Numbered from the stretch's first letter, positions 52,717-63,672 are shown. The stretch is DNA of 64,000 nt from an uncultured Planctomycetales bacterium (GCA_964464475.1 CAYXGG010000002.1:9322-73321); one strand, 5' to 3'. Notes: generated by a model from the letters alone, not told the origin. Program-made: numbers and translations.

Positions 52717-53421
52717 TCATGGAGAAATGGATGGATTCAATAAAGCACTGGCACCGCGATCTTGCAGCAACCGCACTTCAATGGGTTTATTCACTAACGG
52801 ATATTTAATATGGAACTGCCGGTTGGCTTCTGCGCGTTCATCCCAAATATCAATTTGGTAATCAAATCCCGGCACCAACAACGGCAAACCACCGAATTTG
52901 ACCTTCTCTCCTGTGCCAACGACAGCTAGCGTCCCAATGTAAGTCACTCCGTTAGGAGTTACGTAGAAAAATAAATCCGTTTCCTCTGTGGCCAAGGTGG
53001 AACCAACCGGTATCGAAATGGCATCAATACGGTAGCCACCTGCGGGCATCTCCAAGAAAAAATATCCTGGCTCGACCGATTTTGAATTCCAAGGCAAAAG
53101 CGCAGGCCCTAACTTATCACCAATGATCAAATAAAATTTAACACTCTCATCCTCCAATTTAGTCATCGACAATTTGACGTAATCCGCCTTTAACACACCG
53201 GAAAAAATAGTTTTTCCGAAAACAATACCCTGCAATTTCCCAAGCTCATCAACAGGAGGCGCTGTCTCAATAGCCGGAGCCGGGGCCGGAACCTCAACGG
53301 GTACCTCAACGGCGGGTTCAGGTATAGGATTGTCAACAACTGTTGGCGATGGCAACGGGTGATTGACCCGGGCGCAACCCGAGAAAACCAGCAACATGAT
53401 TAACCAATAGCAAAATTTCAT
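52717..53421 (-). CDS. Lipoprotein (hypothetical), Pro-rich linker
   Basis: It has the lipobox FSGCA, then PEPAVEVPVEVPAPAPA, then a beta-rich domain. Confidence 0.45.
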   Translation of the reverse strand: MKFCYWLIMLLVFSGCARVNHPLPSPTVVDNPIPEPAVEVPVEVPAPAPAIETAPPVDELGKLQGIVFGKTIFSGVLKADYVKLSMTKLEDESVKFYLIIGDKLGPALLPWNSKSVEPGYFFLEMPAGGYRIDAISIPVGSTLATEETDLFFYVTPNGVTYIGTLAVVGTGEKVKFGGLPLLVPGFDYQIDIWDERAEANRQFHIKYPLVNKPIEVRLLQDRGASALLNPSISP

Positions 53422-53565
53422 AATGACATTAAATTGACCAACGGTAAATTCTTATGGGAATTCAGACAAAATATTAAATCTGACAATAATAGTTTTAAAT
53501 GATTTTACGGTGGAAGGCAAGGATGTTTTCTGCCAAGGGGTGGCTAATTATTCCAAATAAACACA

Positions 53566-53602
53566 ACAAAAAAGCGAAAGGCCTAGATCCTTTCGCTTTT
53601 TG
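53566..53602 (-). terminator. Bidirectional rho-independent terminator
   Basis: A perfect hairpin AAAGCGAAAGG-CCTAGAT-CCTTTCGCTTT sits between an A-run and a T-run. Confidence 0.7.
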
Positions 53603-53631
53603 CCAAGCGCCAAAATCACGCTTGTTCTGAC

Positions 53632-54024
53632 TTAAGTTAATGTTACTGACTTCGGGGAGATCACCTTGGGCTTCCAGGTAATATGAATATTCAGGGTGTG
53701 ACAAAAATCCACTCGAAAAACGCTTTGCTCGCGATTAATAAAGAAAATGCCCTTCACGCGAAAGGAAAACTTCTCTTCTTTAGTGCGGGTATCGTATGAT
53801 TTCTTAATAAAAATGTCTGGGGCCTGAGCCGTGCTGGCCTGGGCAGGTTCGGGAGTGACCACGTAAACAAAGCTCTTTTTTACATAAGTTTTACATTCCT
53901 TGTCTTCGGAAGTTTCCGCGACCGAAATGGCCTTGCTTCGGTTGTGCAGTGAAGTTAGCTTTTTATAGAGAATTTTCCGCATGTTCTCCAGCACCTCATT
54001 CTTCATTAGTTTTATGTCTCCCAT
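53632..54024 (-). CDS. Hypothetical protein
   Basis: The 130-aa product has no signal peptide. It is a stand-alone gene with its own terminator and an AT-rich upstream region. Confidence 0.35.
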   Translation of the reverse strand: MGDIKLMKNEVLENMRKILYKKLTSLHNRSKAISVAETSEDKECKTYVKKSFVYVVTPEPAQASTAQAPDIFIKKSYDTRTKEEKFSFRVKGIFFINREQSVFRVDFCHTLNIHITWKPKVISPKSVTLT

Positions 54025-54214
54025 CTCAACTCAGGTCCGATTACGTCCGAAGTATAACATCTGACCTTCTAGAGGCAAGGTGGAGTCCATAAAAAAAAGG
54101 AAGCGGTTTCCTGGAAAAAGCCCTCCGCAGGAGCCTCAAGAAACACTTTAGCTGAGAACCAGCCCCAGCCGAGCTAGCATATCTTAAGTTATTTGATATT
54201 AAATACTTATGATA

Positions 54215-54865
54215 TTATGACGACGTCTTTTTGTGATGAAAAGGTAGGATTTTAACGCGATTTTCCTGATGAGAAAGTAATCTTTTTAGGTTGGCCCGAT
54301 GGCGAATCCAGACAAAAACACTTAAAAGTACCCCCAGCCCTTGCAATTCCCAAGGCTGCTGAGTCAAGACCATAAGGACGGGTAAAATGGTCACCGCAAC
54401 CAAAGAAGCCAAAGAAACATAACCCGAAAGCCCAAAAACAATAATCCAGCTGGCCAGGGTCAGCCAAACCACCGGACGAAATCCAGCAATCCCAATCATG
54501 AGGCCAAGGAGGACACCCAGGCCCGTTGCAATCCCCTTACCGCCTTTAAATTGCAAAAAAATGGTCCAATTGTGCCCACAAACCGCCACAATACCAAGAA
54601 CCACTCGAATGAGTGTTCCCTCAAGCCCCAGTACCTCCGGAACCACAGCCGTTGGCACAATTCCTTTAATAATATCGATCAATAAAACTGCTGTTCCCGG
54701 CCCCTTACCTAAAACCCGAAAAGCATTAGTCGCACCAACATTTCCCGACCCCTGTGTCCGAATATCAATCCCTTTTAGCCAGCGTCCAAAGATATAGGCT
54801 GTCGGCACCGATCCAATGACGTAGGCGGCCACAAAAGCCAAAATAATATTAATTGGTTGGCTCAT
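54215..54865 (-). CDS. plsY: Glycerol-3-phosphate acyltransferase PlsY
   Basis: It has MSQPINIIL ... GSGNVGATNAFR motifs. Confidence 0.85.
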   Translation of the reverse strand: MSQPINIILAFVAAYVIGSVPTAYIFGRWLKGIDIRTQGSGNVGATNAFRVLGKGPGTAVLLIDIIKGIVPTAVVPEVLGLEGTLIRVVLGIVAVCGHNWTIFLQFKGGKGIATGLGVLLGLMIGIAGFRPVVWLTLASWIIVFGLSGYVSLASLVAVTILPVLMVLTQQPWELQGLGVLLSVFVWIRHRANLKRLLSHQENRVKILPFHHKKTSS

Positions 54866-55409
54866 TGATAAGCTTAATCCCATCTCGAATGTAGTCTAGC
54901 GAAGAAATAATGACTAAAATCAAGGTGACATCGCACAGATATAATGAAAATGGCCACTGCCAGAATATCCCTAAAATGCACATTACCTGCAAAAAAGCCG
55001 TCGCCTTTCCCCAAATACTGGGTTTCACATCCAAGTCTCCCCGTACCAAAAAAATGATCATCGCCCCAATCAGCAAAATGATGTCGCGACTGACCACAGC
55101 CACCACAAACCATAAAGGAAATACAACCGGACCCCAGGCATGGGCCACAAAAGACAGGCAGACAAAACCACTAATCAGCAAAAGTTTGTCGGCCAAAGGA
55201 TCAAGAATAGCCCCTGCCCGGGTATTTTGCCGATACACTCTGGCGATATAGCCGTCAATGACATCAGAAAGCACAGCAAGCAAAAAAACCGATAGCGCCA
55301 CCCATCTTAAGTAGCTACGTTGCGGCGCGTAATACAATAGGGTGTAAATAAAAACAGGGACCGCCAGAATGCGTCCCACGGTTATTCTATTAGCTACATT
55401 GAGCGCCAT
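54849..55409 (-). CDS. pgsA: CDP-diacylglycerol--glycerol-3-phosphate 3-phosphatidyltransferase
   Basis: It has the DVIDGYIAR ... ILDPLADK CDP-alcohol phosphatidyltransferase motif. The start was chosen at MALNVANRIT. Confidence 0.8.
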   Translation of the reverse strand: MALNVANRITVGRILAVPVFIYTLLYYAPQRSYLRWVALSVFLLAVLSDVIDGYIARVYRQNTRAGAILDPLADKLLLISGFVCLSFVAHAWGPVVFPLWFVVAVVSRDIILLIGAMIIFLVRGDLDVKPSIWGKATAFLQVMCILGIFWQWPFSLYLCDVTLILVIISSLDYIRDGIKLINEPTN

Positions 55410-55410
55410 A

Positions 55411-55800
55411 TTATTCTTCGACAGGATTGAGAACCGAACTATCCTGCGGGCATCGTTCTCGATCAACACTAAAACGCTGCCCACACGTCGGGCAATACTT
55501 GGCAACCGGTCCCTGATGTCGAATAGCCGTCGTCACTGAATCTACAGCCGTTCGCGTGGAGCCATCTTGTTGTATATCGACGGCAAGACGACGCAGATCT
55601 TCTGGTGAAACAGGCTGACCGCTTAATACTTCGGTAACCGACCCTAAGGCTTCTTGCACGTCCTGCATCGATTCCGCTTCCGCTTTATTCAGTAGGTCAG
55701 GTTTGTGATATGCCCTGGAGCCGCACCCCATCAGGCCTAACATCGCCACTGACAACGTCAAAAAACTACCATGCAAAATGTATTTCTTTAGCTTCATCAT
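55411..55800 (-). CDS. Lipoprotein with C-terminal zinc-ribbon (hypothetical)
   Basis: It has the lipobox LMGCGS, and CPTCGQRF ... CPQ near the C-terminus. Confidence 0.4.
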   Translation of the reverse strand: MMKLKKYILHGSFLTLSVAMLGLMGCGSRAYHKPDLLNKAEAESMQDVQEALGSVTEVLSGQPVSPEDLRRLAVDIQQDGSTRTAVDSVTTAIRHQGPVAKYCPTCGQRFSVDRERCPQDSSVLNPVEE

Positions 55801-56411
55801 TGAATCACGCGAATACGATTGAGCGGCCAATAAATTAACTCCGCCCGGCCGATCACCAGTTCTTTGGGAACAAATCCCCAGTAACGGCTGTCCCGGCTGG
55901 ATCCACTATTATCGCCAAGAACAAAATAATGACCTTCCGGCACTTTAATTTTCTTACTGACTTTGGCATAATCTCCACGATTGTAATAATAAATGCTTCC
56001 CATGGGTAAATCTTCGATAGCTTTTCCGTTAACCACAATTTTGCCCTCTTTGATTTCAACCGTCTCACCCCCTACCGCAACTAATCGTTTAATAAAATCC
56101 CGTTTGGGGTCTTCCGGGTAAACAAAAACAATCACATCACCACGCTTAGGCTCAGAAAATCCCGGAATCCGCTTTTTGCTAAAAGGAATGAGGGGACCGT
56201 AACGCAATTTATTAACGATAATCCGATCGCCTTCAATCAGGGTCATGCGCATGGATCCGGTCGGAATTTTAAACGCCTGAAAGAAAAAAGCCCGAATGAA
56301 TAGCGCCAGGACCAGGGCAATGACGATTGACTCAACCCAATCCCGTAATACGGATTTCGGTGGTGACTGTTTTTTCTGTTTAATCTTCTGCTCCATAGAA
56401 GAATCCCTCAT
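55797..56411 (-). CDS. lepB: Signal peptidase I
   Basis: It has GSMRMTL (catalytic Ser), RGDVIVF, and a GDNSGSSRDSRYWGFVP box E. Confidence 0.85.
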   Translation of the reverse strand: MRDSSMEQKIKQKKQSPPKSVLRDWVESIVIALVLALFIRAFFFQAFKIPTGSMRMTLIEGDRIIVNKLRYGPLIPFSKKRIPGFSEPKRGDVIVFVYPEDPKRDFIKRLVAVGGETVEIKEGKIVVNGKAIEDLPMGSIYYYNRGDYAKVSKKIKVPEGHYFVLGDNSGSSRDSRYWGFVPKELVIGRAELIYWPLNRIRVIQ

Positions 56412-58198
56412 AATTTTAAAACCGCCAAAAATGCTTCCTGGGGAATTTCAACATTACCAATCTGCTTTAATTTCTTTTTGCCTTCTTTTTGTTTTTCCCA
56501 AAGCTTTCGCTTGCGGGTAATATCTCCACCATAACACTTGGCTGTCACATTCTTTCCCGCCGCTTTAACACGCGCGCTAGAAACAATGCGACCGTCACAT
56601 GTGGCTTGAACCCGGACTTCGAATAATTGCTGTGGGATCAAATCTTTCAATTTAGTAACCAATGCCAGACCTTTTTCATAAGCTCGCTCGCGGTGCACCA
56701 GGCAAGAAAACGCGTCACAAATCTTATCATTGATCATGATGTCCAAACGAGAAATTTGGGCAGGCATATATCCCTTAAATTCATAATCGATGGATCCGTA
56801 ACCACGCGTCGCGGACTTGACCATATCGTTAAAATCAACAATGATCTCAGAAAGAGGCATATCGAAAACAACCCGCATGCGATCAGATACATAATCACTC
56901 TTAACATACGTACCGCGTTTGGATTTAGACAATTCCATCACCGCGTCCATCGAGGTCACCGGCGTCAAGATCGACATGGTCACGCAAGGCTCTTCAATCT
57001 GCTGAACATTGGAAATATTATCAATTTGCGTTGGGCTTTCGATATCAATGGTCTTACCATCTTTGGTCTTGACCCGATAGCTGACGTTGGGCGTCGTCAA
57101 AATTAGATTCAAATTATATTCTCGTTCGAGACGTTCCTGAACAATCTCCATGTGCAGCAAGCCTAAGAAGCCACAACGAAAACCAAAACCAAAAGACTGC
57201 GACGTTTCGTTTTCATACACAAAACTAGGATCGCTTAAACGCAATTTATCAATCGCTTCCCGCAAGTCGTTAAAATCTTTGGCGTTAACCGGATAAACCC
57301 CGCAAAAAACTAAGGGTTTTAACTGACGGTACCCTGGCAGAGGTTCTGACGCGGGTCGCTTAAGTTCGGTCACCGTGTCCCCGACACGAACCTCGCGAGG
57401 ATCATGAACACTGCAGGTGATATAGCCTACTTCTCCACTACCTAATTCCTTAAACTTGACCGCTTCCGGAGTAAAAACACCGACCTCTTCCACATTAAAT
57501 TCTTTACCGGAATTCATCATCTTGATCGCCAACCCCGGCTGAACTTTACCCTGAATAACCCGAATATAAATGATAATCCCTTTGTAAATATCGTACTTCA
57601 TATCAAAAATCAACGCTTTTAACGGAGCTTCATCATCTCCTTCCGGGCAAGGAATGAAATCAATAATCTTTTCAAAAAGCTCACGAATGCCAATTCCCTG
57701 TTTAGCCGAAACTTGCTGAATGTCTTCTTCTTTAAAACTAAAAACTTCCATTAATTGCAATTTGGCGTGATCAATGTCGATATTGGCGATATCAATCTTG
57801 TTTAATACCGGTAAAATTTCCAAATTATTATCTATAGCGAGAAAATAATTAGCCACGGTTTGCGATTCAACCCCCTGAGTGACGTCCGTCACCAATAGCG
57901 CCCCTTCGCACGCGCGCAAAGACTTTTCCACTTCGTAGGTAAAATCCACATGCCCTGGAGTATCAATCAAATTAAAAACATACTCATTGCCATCTTTAGC
58001 TCGGTAATTGATTTTCACCGCTGACGCTTTGATGGTAATCCCGCGCTCTCGTTCCAAATCCATATCATCCAAGTGCTGATTATGGAATTTCCTTTCATCA
58101 ATCGCGCCGGTAAAAAGCAAGAATCGGTCGGCCAACGTTGATTTACCGTGATCGATGTGAGCAATAATTGAGAAATTTCTAATGAACTTTTTATCCAT
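56408..58198 (-). CDS. lepA: Elongation factor 4
   Basis: It has IRNFSIIAHIDHGKSTLADR and is 596 aa. Confidence 0.95.
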   Translation of the reverse strand: MDKKFIRNFSIIAHIDHGKSTLADRFLLFTGAIDERKFHNQHLDDMDLERERGITIKASAVKINYRAKDGNEYVFNLIDTPGHVDFTYEVEKSLRACEGALLVTDVTQGVESQTVANYFLAIDNNLEILPVLNKIDIANIDIDHAKLQLMEVFSFKEEDIQQVSAKQGIGIRELFEKIIDFIPCPEGDDEAPLKALIFDMKYDIYKGIIIYIRVIQGKVQPGLAIKMMNSGKEFNVEEVGVFTPEAVKFKELGSGEVGYITCSVHDPREVRVGDTVTELKRPASEPLPGYRQLKPLVFCGVYPVNAKDFNDLREAIDKLRLSDPSFVYENETSQSFGFGFRCGFLGLLHMEIVQERLEREYNLNLILTTPNVSYRVKTKDGKTIDIESPTQIDNISNVQQIEEPCVTMSILTPVTSMDAVMELSKSKRGTYVKSDYVSDRMRVVFDMPLSEIIVDFNDMVKSATRGYGSIDYEFKGYMPAQISRLDIMINDKICDAFSCLVHRERAYEKGLALVTKLKDLIPQQLFEVRVQATCDGRIVSSARVKAAGKNVTAKCYGGDITRKRKLWEKQKEGKKKLKQIGNVEIPQEAFLAVLKL

Positions 58199-58880
58199 GT
58201 TTCCTTATATAAGTCAGCATCAATTCCGCCGTCTCATCGACCGTCAAATCAGTCCCATCGATGCGAATAGCGTCGGCCGCCTGACGTAAAGGGCCCGTCG
58301 TACGGTTAAAATCTTTATAGTCGCGATCCTGCATCTCGACTTTCAACTGGGCTTCTTCAACGGATTTTCCCTGTTCTTGCAATTCCCGCATCCGACGGCG
58401 CGCACGAACCTCAAAATCCGCGTCTAAATAAAATTTAAATTGAGCCTGAGGAAAAACGACCGTACCCACATCCCGCCCCTCAACCACCACATTGGTCCGC
58501 AACCCAATCGCTCGCTGCCAATCTACCATGATTTCTCGAACCCTTGGAGCCCGAGCAATGTAAAAGGTATTGTTAGTCACTTCCGACGTACGGATTTCCG
58601 CAGAAACATTTTCCCCATCCAAGAGGATTATTAACTTTCCTTCCCTATCATTCACTAAATCCAACGACGTTCGCTTGGCCAACTGAACCAAAGCCATCTC
58701 ATCTTCCAAATTAATTTTCTGTCGGATGGCCTTAAGTGTTAACGCCCGATACATGGCTCCCGTATCTAAATAGGAATAGCCGAGTTTACGGGATAAGGAC
58801 TTGGCAATGGTACTCTTGCCGGCCCCGGCCGGGCCGTCAATGGTAATAACCACCGCCTTACTCGGTTCGTTCAAGACCAT
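58191..58880 (-). CDS. cmk: Cytidylate kinase
   Basis: It has VITIDGPAGAGKSTIAK. The start was chosen at MVLNEP. The ORF extends open to 58940, overlapping tyrA. Confidence 0.85.
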   Translation of the reverse strand: MVLNEPSKAVVITIDGPAGAGKSTIAKSLSRKLGYSYLDTGAMYRALTLKAIRQKINLEDEMALVQLAKRTSLDLVNDREGKLIILLDGENVSAEIRTSEVTNNTFYIARAPRVREIMVDWQRAIGLRTNVVVEGRDVGTVVFPQAQFKFYLDADFEVRARRRMRELQEQGKSVEEAQLKVEMQDRDYKDFNRTTGPLRQAADAIRIDGTDLTVDETAELMLTYIRKHG

Positions 58881-59718
58881 CACGTTTGACTTTGGCGCGC
58901 TTAAAGCCTTCGAGAAGGTTGCTTTCATCGCGGGAGACAATCATTTTGCGGTAACCGGAAAGAATTTTGACCGCCTGATCCAAAACCTCTATGAGATTTT
59001 TGGAATTAGCCATGCAAATGTCATTCCACATTTGCGGTGAGCTGCCGGCAATACGCGTCGTATCTTTCAATCCTTGCGCGGCAAATTCTAAATGCTGTTG
59101 CGGAATCGCGTCCATAAGTGCGTACGCCATCACATGCGGTAAATGACTAATATTCGCCAAGATCTTATCGTGTTCCGAGGGCGAGAGTGACTTAACCTGC
59201 GCCCCGATATGGGTCCAGAACTGTTTAACACGCTCGACAGCGCCACGATTAGACTTTTCCGTTGGCGTCATCCAGCAGAGCGAATTTTCATAAAGCCGCG
59301 CACTCGCAAAATCAGGACCCTGCTTTTCGGATCCGGCCATAGGATGAGACCCCACAAAGAAAACGTGGGGCGGCAAAACTTTCTCCGCTGTATCGACAAT
59401 AGTTGTTTTAGTGCTCCCCACATCTGTCACGATGCAACCACGCTTTAACATCGGGCCAATTTGATTTAACAAATTAACAATGGCATTAACCGGTGTGGCA
59501 AGGATCACCAGATCCGAGTTAAACAACGCTTTGCGCAAATCATGATACGCGTGGTCAATGGCTTTTACTTTTAAAGCCGACACCAAAGTCGTTTGCCGTT
59601 GCGAAACACCGGCAACTTCTCCTGCCAGACGATGGTTCTTAATCGCCAAACCTAACGAGCCTCCCATTAGTCCAACACCGATAATGGTGACTTTTCGAAA
59701 ATAAATTTTCTCCGGCAT
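58858..59718 (-). CDS. tyrA: Prephenate (arogenate) dehydrogenase
   Basis: It has VTIIGVGLMGGSLG and is 286 aa. Confidence 0.8.
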   Translation of the reverse strand: MPEKIYFRKVTIIGVGLMGGSLGLAIKNHRLAGEVAGVSQRQTTLVSALKVKAIDHAYHDLRKALFNSDLVILATPVNAIVNLLNQIGPMLKRGCIVTDVGSTKTTIVDTAEKVLPPHVFFVGSHPMAGSEKQGPDFASARLYENSLCWMTPTEKSNRGAVERVKQFWTHIGAQVKSLSPSEHDKILANISHLPHVMAYALMDAIPQQHLEFAAQGLKDTTRIAGSSPQMWNDICMANSKNLIEVLDQAVKILSGYRKMIVSRDESNLLEGFKRAKVKRDGLERTE

Positions 59719-59728
59719 ATTATCCTCG

Positions 59729-60745
59729 TTAGAATTCGCGACCGACCGCTTGCGCGATGAGCCGCAAATCTTTCATGAGCAACGTAAATTTTTCTGAAGT
59801 TAATGATTGCGCGCCATCGGACAGAGCCTCTTCAGGATTATCATGTACTTCAATCATCAACCCGTCACATCCCGCCGCCACGGCCGCTTTCGCGCCGCTA
59901 CCAACATAACCCCACAATCCCGTGCCGTGACTAGGATCCACCATCATCGGTAAATGCGATAATTTCTTGACTACCGGCACGGCGTTAATGTCCAACGTAT
60001 TGCGCGTTGCGGTCTCAAAAGTACGAATGCCGCGTTCGCAAAGCATGACATCAAAGTTACCTTCGGAAAGAACATACTCTGCAGACATCAATAAATCTTT
60101 GATGGTCGCGCTCATGCCCCGTTTTAAGAAAACCGGCTTTCGGGTCTGACCGACTTCTTTAAGCAAACTGAAATTCTGCATATTTCTGGCCCCAATTTGA
60201 AACACATCCGCGTACTTGGCGACTAGAGCGACCTGACGGGGATCCATAACTTCTGTGATGGTAACCATGCCGGATTCTTTGCCAACGGCCTGCAAAATTT
60301 TCAAACCTTCTTCGCCCATACCCTGAAAATCATACGGGGACGTTCGGGGTTTAAAGGCACCGCCACGCAAGACCGACGCACCAGCGGCTTTAATACTTTT
60401 AGCCAATGAGGACATTTGTTCATAGCTTTCAATCGAACAGGGGCCAGCCATCATCACAATTTTCTTCCCCCCCACAGCCACATCTCTGCCAAGCTTAATG
60501 ACCGACCCTTCTTTTCTAAATTCTCGCGAAACCAATTTGTAAGGGGCCAACACCGGCATGACCGATTCGACACCAGGAAAAACTTCGAGCGGAATCGCTC
60601 GCAACGCGTCTTCCGGACCAATAAATCCCATAATCGTGCGTTCCACGCCACGGGAAATATGCGCCTTAAGACCTAACTTCTCGGTTTTATCCAAAATATG
60701 CTTGATTTGCGCTTCAGTAGCATCCGCACGTAAAACGATAATCAT
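59729..60745 (-). CDS. aroF: 3-deoxy-7-phosphoheptulonate synthase, type I-beta with N-terminal regulatory domain
   Basis: It has a KDO8PS/DAHPS I-beta core (GPCSIES ... GARNMQN) preceded by an ACT/FL-like domain of about 70 aa. Confidence 0.8.
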   Translation of the reverse strand: MIIVLRADATEAQIKHILDKTEKLGLKAHISRGVERTIMGFIGPEDALRAIPLEVFPGVESVMPVLAPYKLVSREFRKEGSVIKLGRDVAVGGKKIVMMAGPCSIESYEQMSSLAKSIKAAGASVLRGGAFKPRTSPYDFQGMGEEGLKILQAVGKESGMVTITEVMDPRQVALVAKYADVFQIGARNMQNFSLLKEVGQTRKPVFLKRGMSATIKDLLMSAEYVLSEGNFDVMLCERGIRTFETATRNTLDINAVPVVKKLSHLPMMVDPSHGTGLWGYVGSGAKAAVAAGCDGLMIEVHDNPEEALSDGAQSLTSEKFTLLMKDLRLIAQAVGREF

Positions 60746-61827
60746 AAAACGTCCTCCAGCACGTTAATAAACTTATTATTTTCCTTTCGCGATCCAATCG
60801 TGACGCGAATATAATTTTTTAATCCCCAGTGACTCATATCCCGTACGATAACTCCCTTTTTCATCAAATCCCGAGTGACCGCTGTCGCATCACCATTCAC
60901 TTTTACCAAGATAAAATTGGTATAACTTTTTTCAAAAGTCCAACCGCGCTTGGTTAACTGCGTATACAAAAAAGCCTTCTCAGCTTTGATGACTTTCGCG
61001 ACACGCCCATAATACATCGTGTCATTCAAACAGGCCACGGCAGCCGCCTGAGCCAAAGAATTCACATTAAAAGGCTCCCGCAAACGGTTGAGCGCCGCGA
61101 TTATCTCCGGACGAGCAATACCATACCCAACCCGCAATCCCGCTAAGCCGTACATTTTTGAAAAAGTCCGCGTCACCAAAACGTTAGAAAATTTTTTGAT
61201 CAAACTTAATGAATCCGGGTAATCTTTTTCATCCACAAACTCATAATAGGCCTCATCGAGAAAAACCAAAATATGACTCGGGACCGAATTTAAGAATTTT
61301 AATAACGCCGTTTTCGGGATGTAGGTGCCGCAAGGATTGTCCGGATTACCAATAAAAATAACCTTGGTATTCTCATTGATGGCCGATTGCATCGCCGGCA
61401 AATCGTAATAAAAACCTTTCAAGGGAACAGCACGCACGCGAGCTCCTTCTAAACGCGCGGCAATATCATAAATCAAGAATGAAGGCTGAGCGATAATGAC
61501 TTCGTCCTGTGGACCGACAATCGCGCGAATGGCCATTACGATAATTTCATCCGACCCGTTCCCAAAAATTAACTGATCCGGTTTAATCCGTAATTTCTTA
61601 GCCAAAGTCTCCCGCAAATAAAAACACCCACCCTCCGGGTAACGGTTAAGGGTAAGTGCCGCCTTGGCGATCGCGCGCAACACTCGAGGAGAAGGGACAA
61701 ATGGGCTCTCGTTAGAAGCAAGTTTGACAACGTCGTTTAAACCCAATTCCCGTTTAACTTCTTCAATAGGTTTTCCCGGAACGTAAGGCGCGACATCAAA
61801 AATCTGTGATTTAAAAACGACACTCAT
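60742..61827 (-). CDS. hisC: Histidinol-phosphate/aromatic aminotransferase (class II)
   Basis: It has KLASNESP ... a PLP lysine in TFSKMYGLAGLRVGY. It sits within an aromatic amino-acid gene cluster. Confidence 0.75.
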   Translation of the reverse strand: MSVVFKSQIFDVAPYVPGKPIEEVKRELGLNDVVKLASNESPFVPSPRVLRAIAKAALTLNRYPEGGCFYLRETLAKKLRIKPDQLIFGNGSDEIIVMAIRAIVGPQDEVIIAQPSFLIYDIAARLEGARVRAVPLKGFYYDLPAMQSAINENTKVIFIGNPDNPCGTYIPKTALLKFLNSVPSHILVFLDEAYYEFVDEKDYPDSLSLIKKFSNVLVTRTFSKMYGLAGLRVGYGIARPEIIAALNRLREPFNVNSLAQAAAVACLNDTMYYGRVAKVIKAEKAFLYTQLTKRGWTFEKSYTNFILVKVNGDATAVTRDLMKKGVIVRDMSHWGLKNYIRVTIGSRKENNKFINVLEDVL

Positions 61828-62888
61828 TCTAAAACCGGGTAAGACCCGAGCACTTTTAAATATTTACACATATCTTCCAATTGAGCCAAAGCTTTCTCTA
61901 CACGAGGATCCGTGCGATGCCCTTCAAAATCCACGAAGAAATAATAGTCCCAGGCTTTCTTTTTGGATGGGCGGGATTCAATTTTCGTCAGATTAATTTT
62001 TGCCCGAGAAAACGGCGCGAGCATCCCGTACAACGCGCCCACCTTATCCTTGATAGAAAACAAAATTGAGGTTCGGTCCTTGCCGGTTGGAGCGGCATCG
62101 GTTTGCCCAATGACCAAAAAGCGGGTCGTGTTATGGGCAATATCATGCACGGCTTTGCGCACAATAGGCACGCGGAATACTTCCGCCGCCTCTTTAGATG
62201 CGAGCGCAGCGACTTTGCTATTCTTTGAAGCAATTTCCGCCGCCTCGGTCGTAGACGCCACAATAATATCCTCCGCCCAAGGCAAATTAGTGGCCAACCA
62301 GTTTCGACACTGGTCGAACACCTGAGAATTGGAATAAACCTTTTTGATCTTTCGTAAATCTTTGGTGTGTGACAGAAGGTTATGAGAAATCTCCAACAGG
62401 CTCTGCCGGCAAATCTTCAAATCCGATTCCACTAACATATCAAACGTCGGGGTCACCGCCCCTTCCGTTGAATTCTCGATCGGTACGACGCCATAATCAC
62501 ATTCCTGTTGTTCCACCACACTAAATACTTCCGGAATTTTATGGCAGGAAACATAATTCATCTGCGCGCCAAAAATTTTGCGCGCCGCCGTATAGGTATA
62601 AGCGCCCATGGTTCCCAGCACCGCAATCTTTAACGGCTTTTCAACAGATAACGAACACGACATAATTTCACGGTAAACGGCTTGCAGCGCCTCGTTGGGC
62701 ACGGCTCCCGGATTCAAAGACTTGATGCGCGTTAACACCTGTTTTTCTCGATCCGGCGCGTAAACCTGCTGATTGTTCTTTAATTTTTCAGCGCCGATAC
62801 GCTTGCTAATCAGCGCCCGTTCGTTTAAAAGCCCAACGATTTTGGCATCAAGCGCATCAATATTTTTTCTTAATCCTGATAATGGCAT
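61824..62888 (-). CDS. pheA: Bifunctional chorismate mutase / prephenate dehydratase
   Basis: The start was chosen at MPLSGLRKNIDALD (chorismate-mutase helix). It has a PDT domain (TRF ... ESRP) and a C-terminal ACT domain. Confidence 0.85.
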   Translation of the reverse strand: MPLSGLRKNIDALDAKIVGLLNERALISKRIGAEKLKNNQQVYAPDREKQVLTRIKSLNPGAVPNEALQAVYREIMSCSLSVEKPLKIAVLGTMGAYTYTAARKIFGAQMNYVSCHKIPEVFSVVEQQECDYGVVPIENSTEGAVTPTFDMLVESDLKICRQSLLEISHNLLSHTKDLRKIKKVYSNSQVFDQCRNWLATNLPWAEDIIVASTTEAAEIASKNSKVAALASKEAAEVFRVPIVRKAVHDIAHNTTRFLVIGQTDAAPTGKDRTSILFSIKDKVGALYGMLAPFSRAKINLTKIESRPSKKKAWDYYFFVDFEGHRTDPRVEKALAQLEDMCKYLKVLGSYPVLE

Positions 62889-62895
62889 ATTTTTC

Positions 62896-63672
62896 TTAAC
62901 TAGAAGCGTCTTGTTTAGGGTCATTCGCGTCCATGGTAGGTGCGTCGGAAGCCTCCGCAGCTGCCGACTCTTCAGATTCGGAAGTTTCCATTCGAGAAAT
63001 ATTCGGCCGGCTAAACTGATCCAAATTGGTTTCTTGTGAAAGCATTTCTGATTCGGAACCAATCCGTTCGCTCTCTTCCTTACGCAAATTATCTTCTATT
63101 TGCCCCCGGCCTCCCGCTTCAATCTCTTGCACGTTCTGCTGCAAACTGGAAAAATCTTCAAGCTTAGGCAAGTCATCCAATGATTTCAAACCAAAATATT
63201 CCAAAAACTGCTTCGTCGTTCCATAAAGAAAAGGACGACCTGGGACATCTTTTCTACCCACAATCTTAATCAAACCTTTAGCCAGCAAGTGATCCGTGAC
63301 GCCGTCCGAATTAACACCTCGAATCAGTTCAATGTCCATGCGGGAAACCGGCTGTTTATAGGCAATAATCGCCAGTGTTTCTAAAGCGGGTTTGGACAAC
63401 TTTTCTTTGTGGCGGGTTTTAAAAAATTTGCGAATAGCCAACGCAAAATTAGAGCTAGAAAGCATTTGATAACCACCGGCGATGTCAACAATGACCATAC
63501 CGCTTTGTCGATCATCATATTCCTTTTGCAACGCAACAATGGTTTCTTTGACGGTAGCTCCATCAACGCCTTCCACAACTTCCCTGATTTGCTCAAGGGT
63601 TAAAGGCTTCTCACTTACGAACAGGAGAGCTTCAATCATACCGCGCAAATGGGGATTGAGTTCAGACTCCAT
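62896..63672 (-). CDS. scpB: Segregation and condensation protein B
   Basis: It has MIEALLFVSEKPLTLEQI and ETLAIIAYKQPVSRMDIELIRGV wHTH repeats, plus an acidic tail. Confidence 0.85.
   Translation of the reverse strand: MESELNPHLRGMIEALLFVSEKPLTLEQIREVVEGVDGATVKETIVALQKEYDDRQSGMVIVDIAGGYQMLSSSNFALAIRKFFKTRHKEKLSKPALETLAIIAYKQPVSRMDIELIRGVNSDGVTDHLLAKGLIKIVGRKDVPGRPFLYGTTKQFLEYFGLKSLDDLPKLEDFSSLQQNVQEIEAGGRGQIEDNLRKEESERIGSESEMLSQETNLDQFSRPNISRMETSESEESAAAEASDAPTMDANDPKQDASS

Noticed and set aside
52621-52720. Longer DsbD start at 52720 (ATGA overlap with upstream lipoprotein)
   Set aside because: It would place 34 residues ahead of a textbook signal peptide (MLLFRKTAITLSGLIWLLGSVVNCAAFA), so I preferred the internal ATG at 52620. 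The longer form is not excluded.
53495-53704. 69-aa minus-strand ORF
   Set aside because: It contains the perfect bidirectional terminator hairpin (53571-53599) and overlaps the 3' end of CDS 53632-54024.
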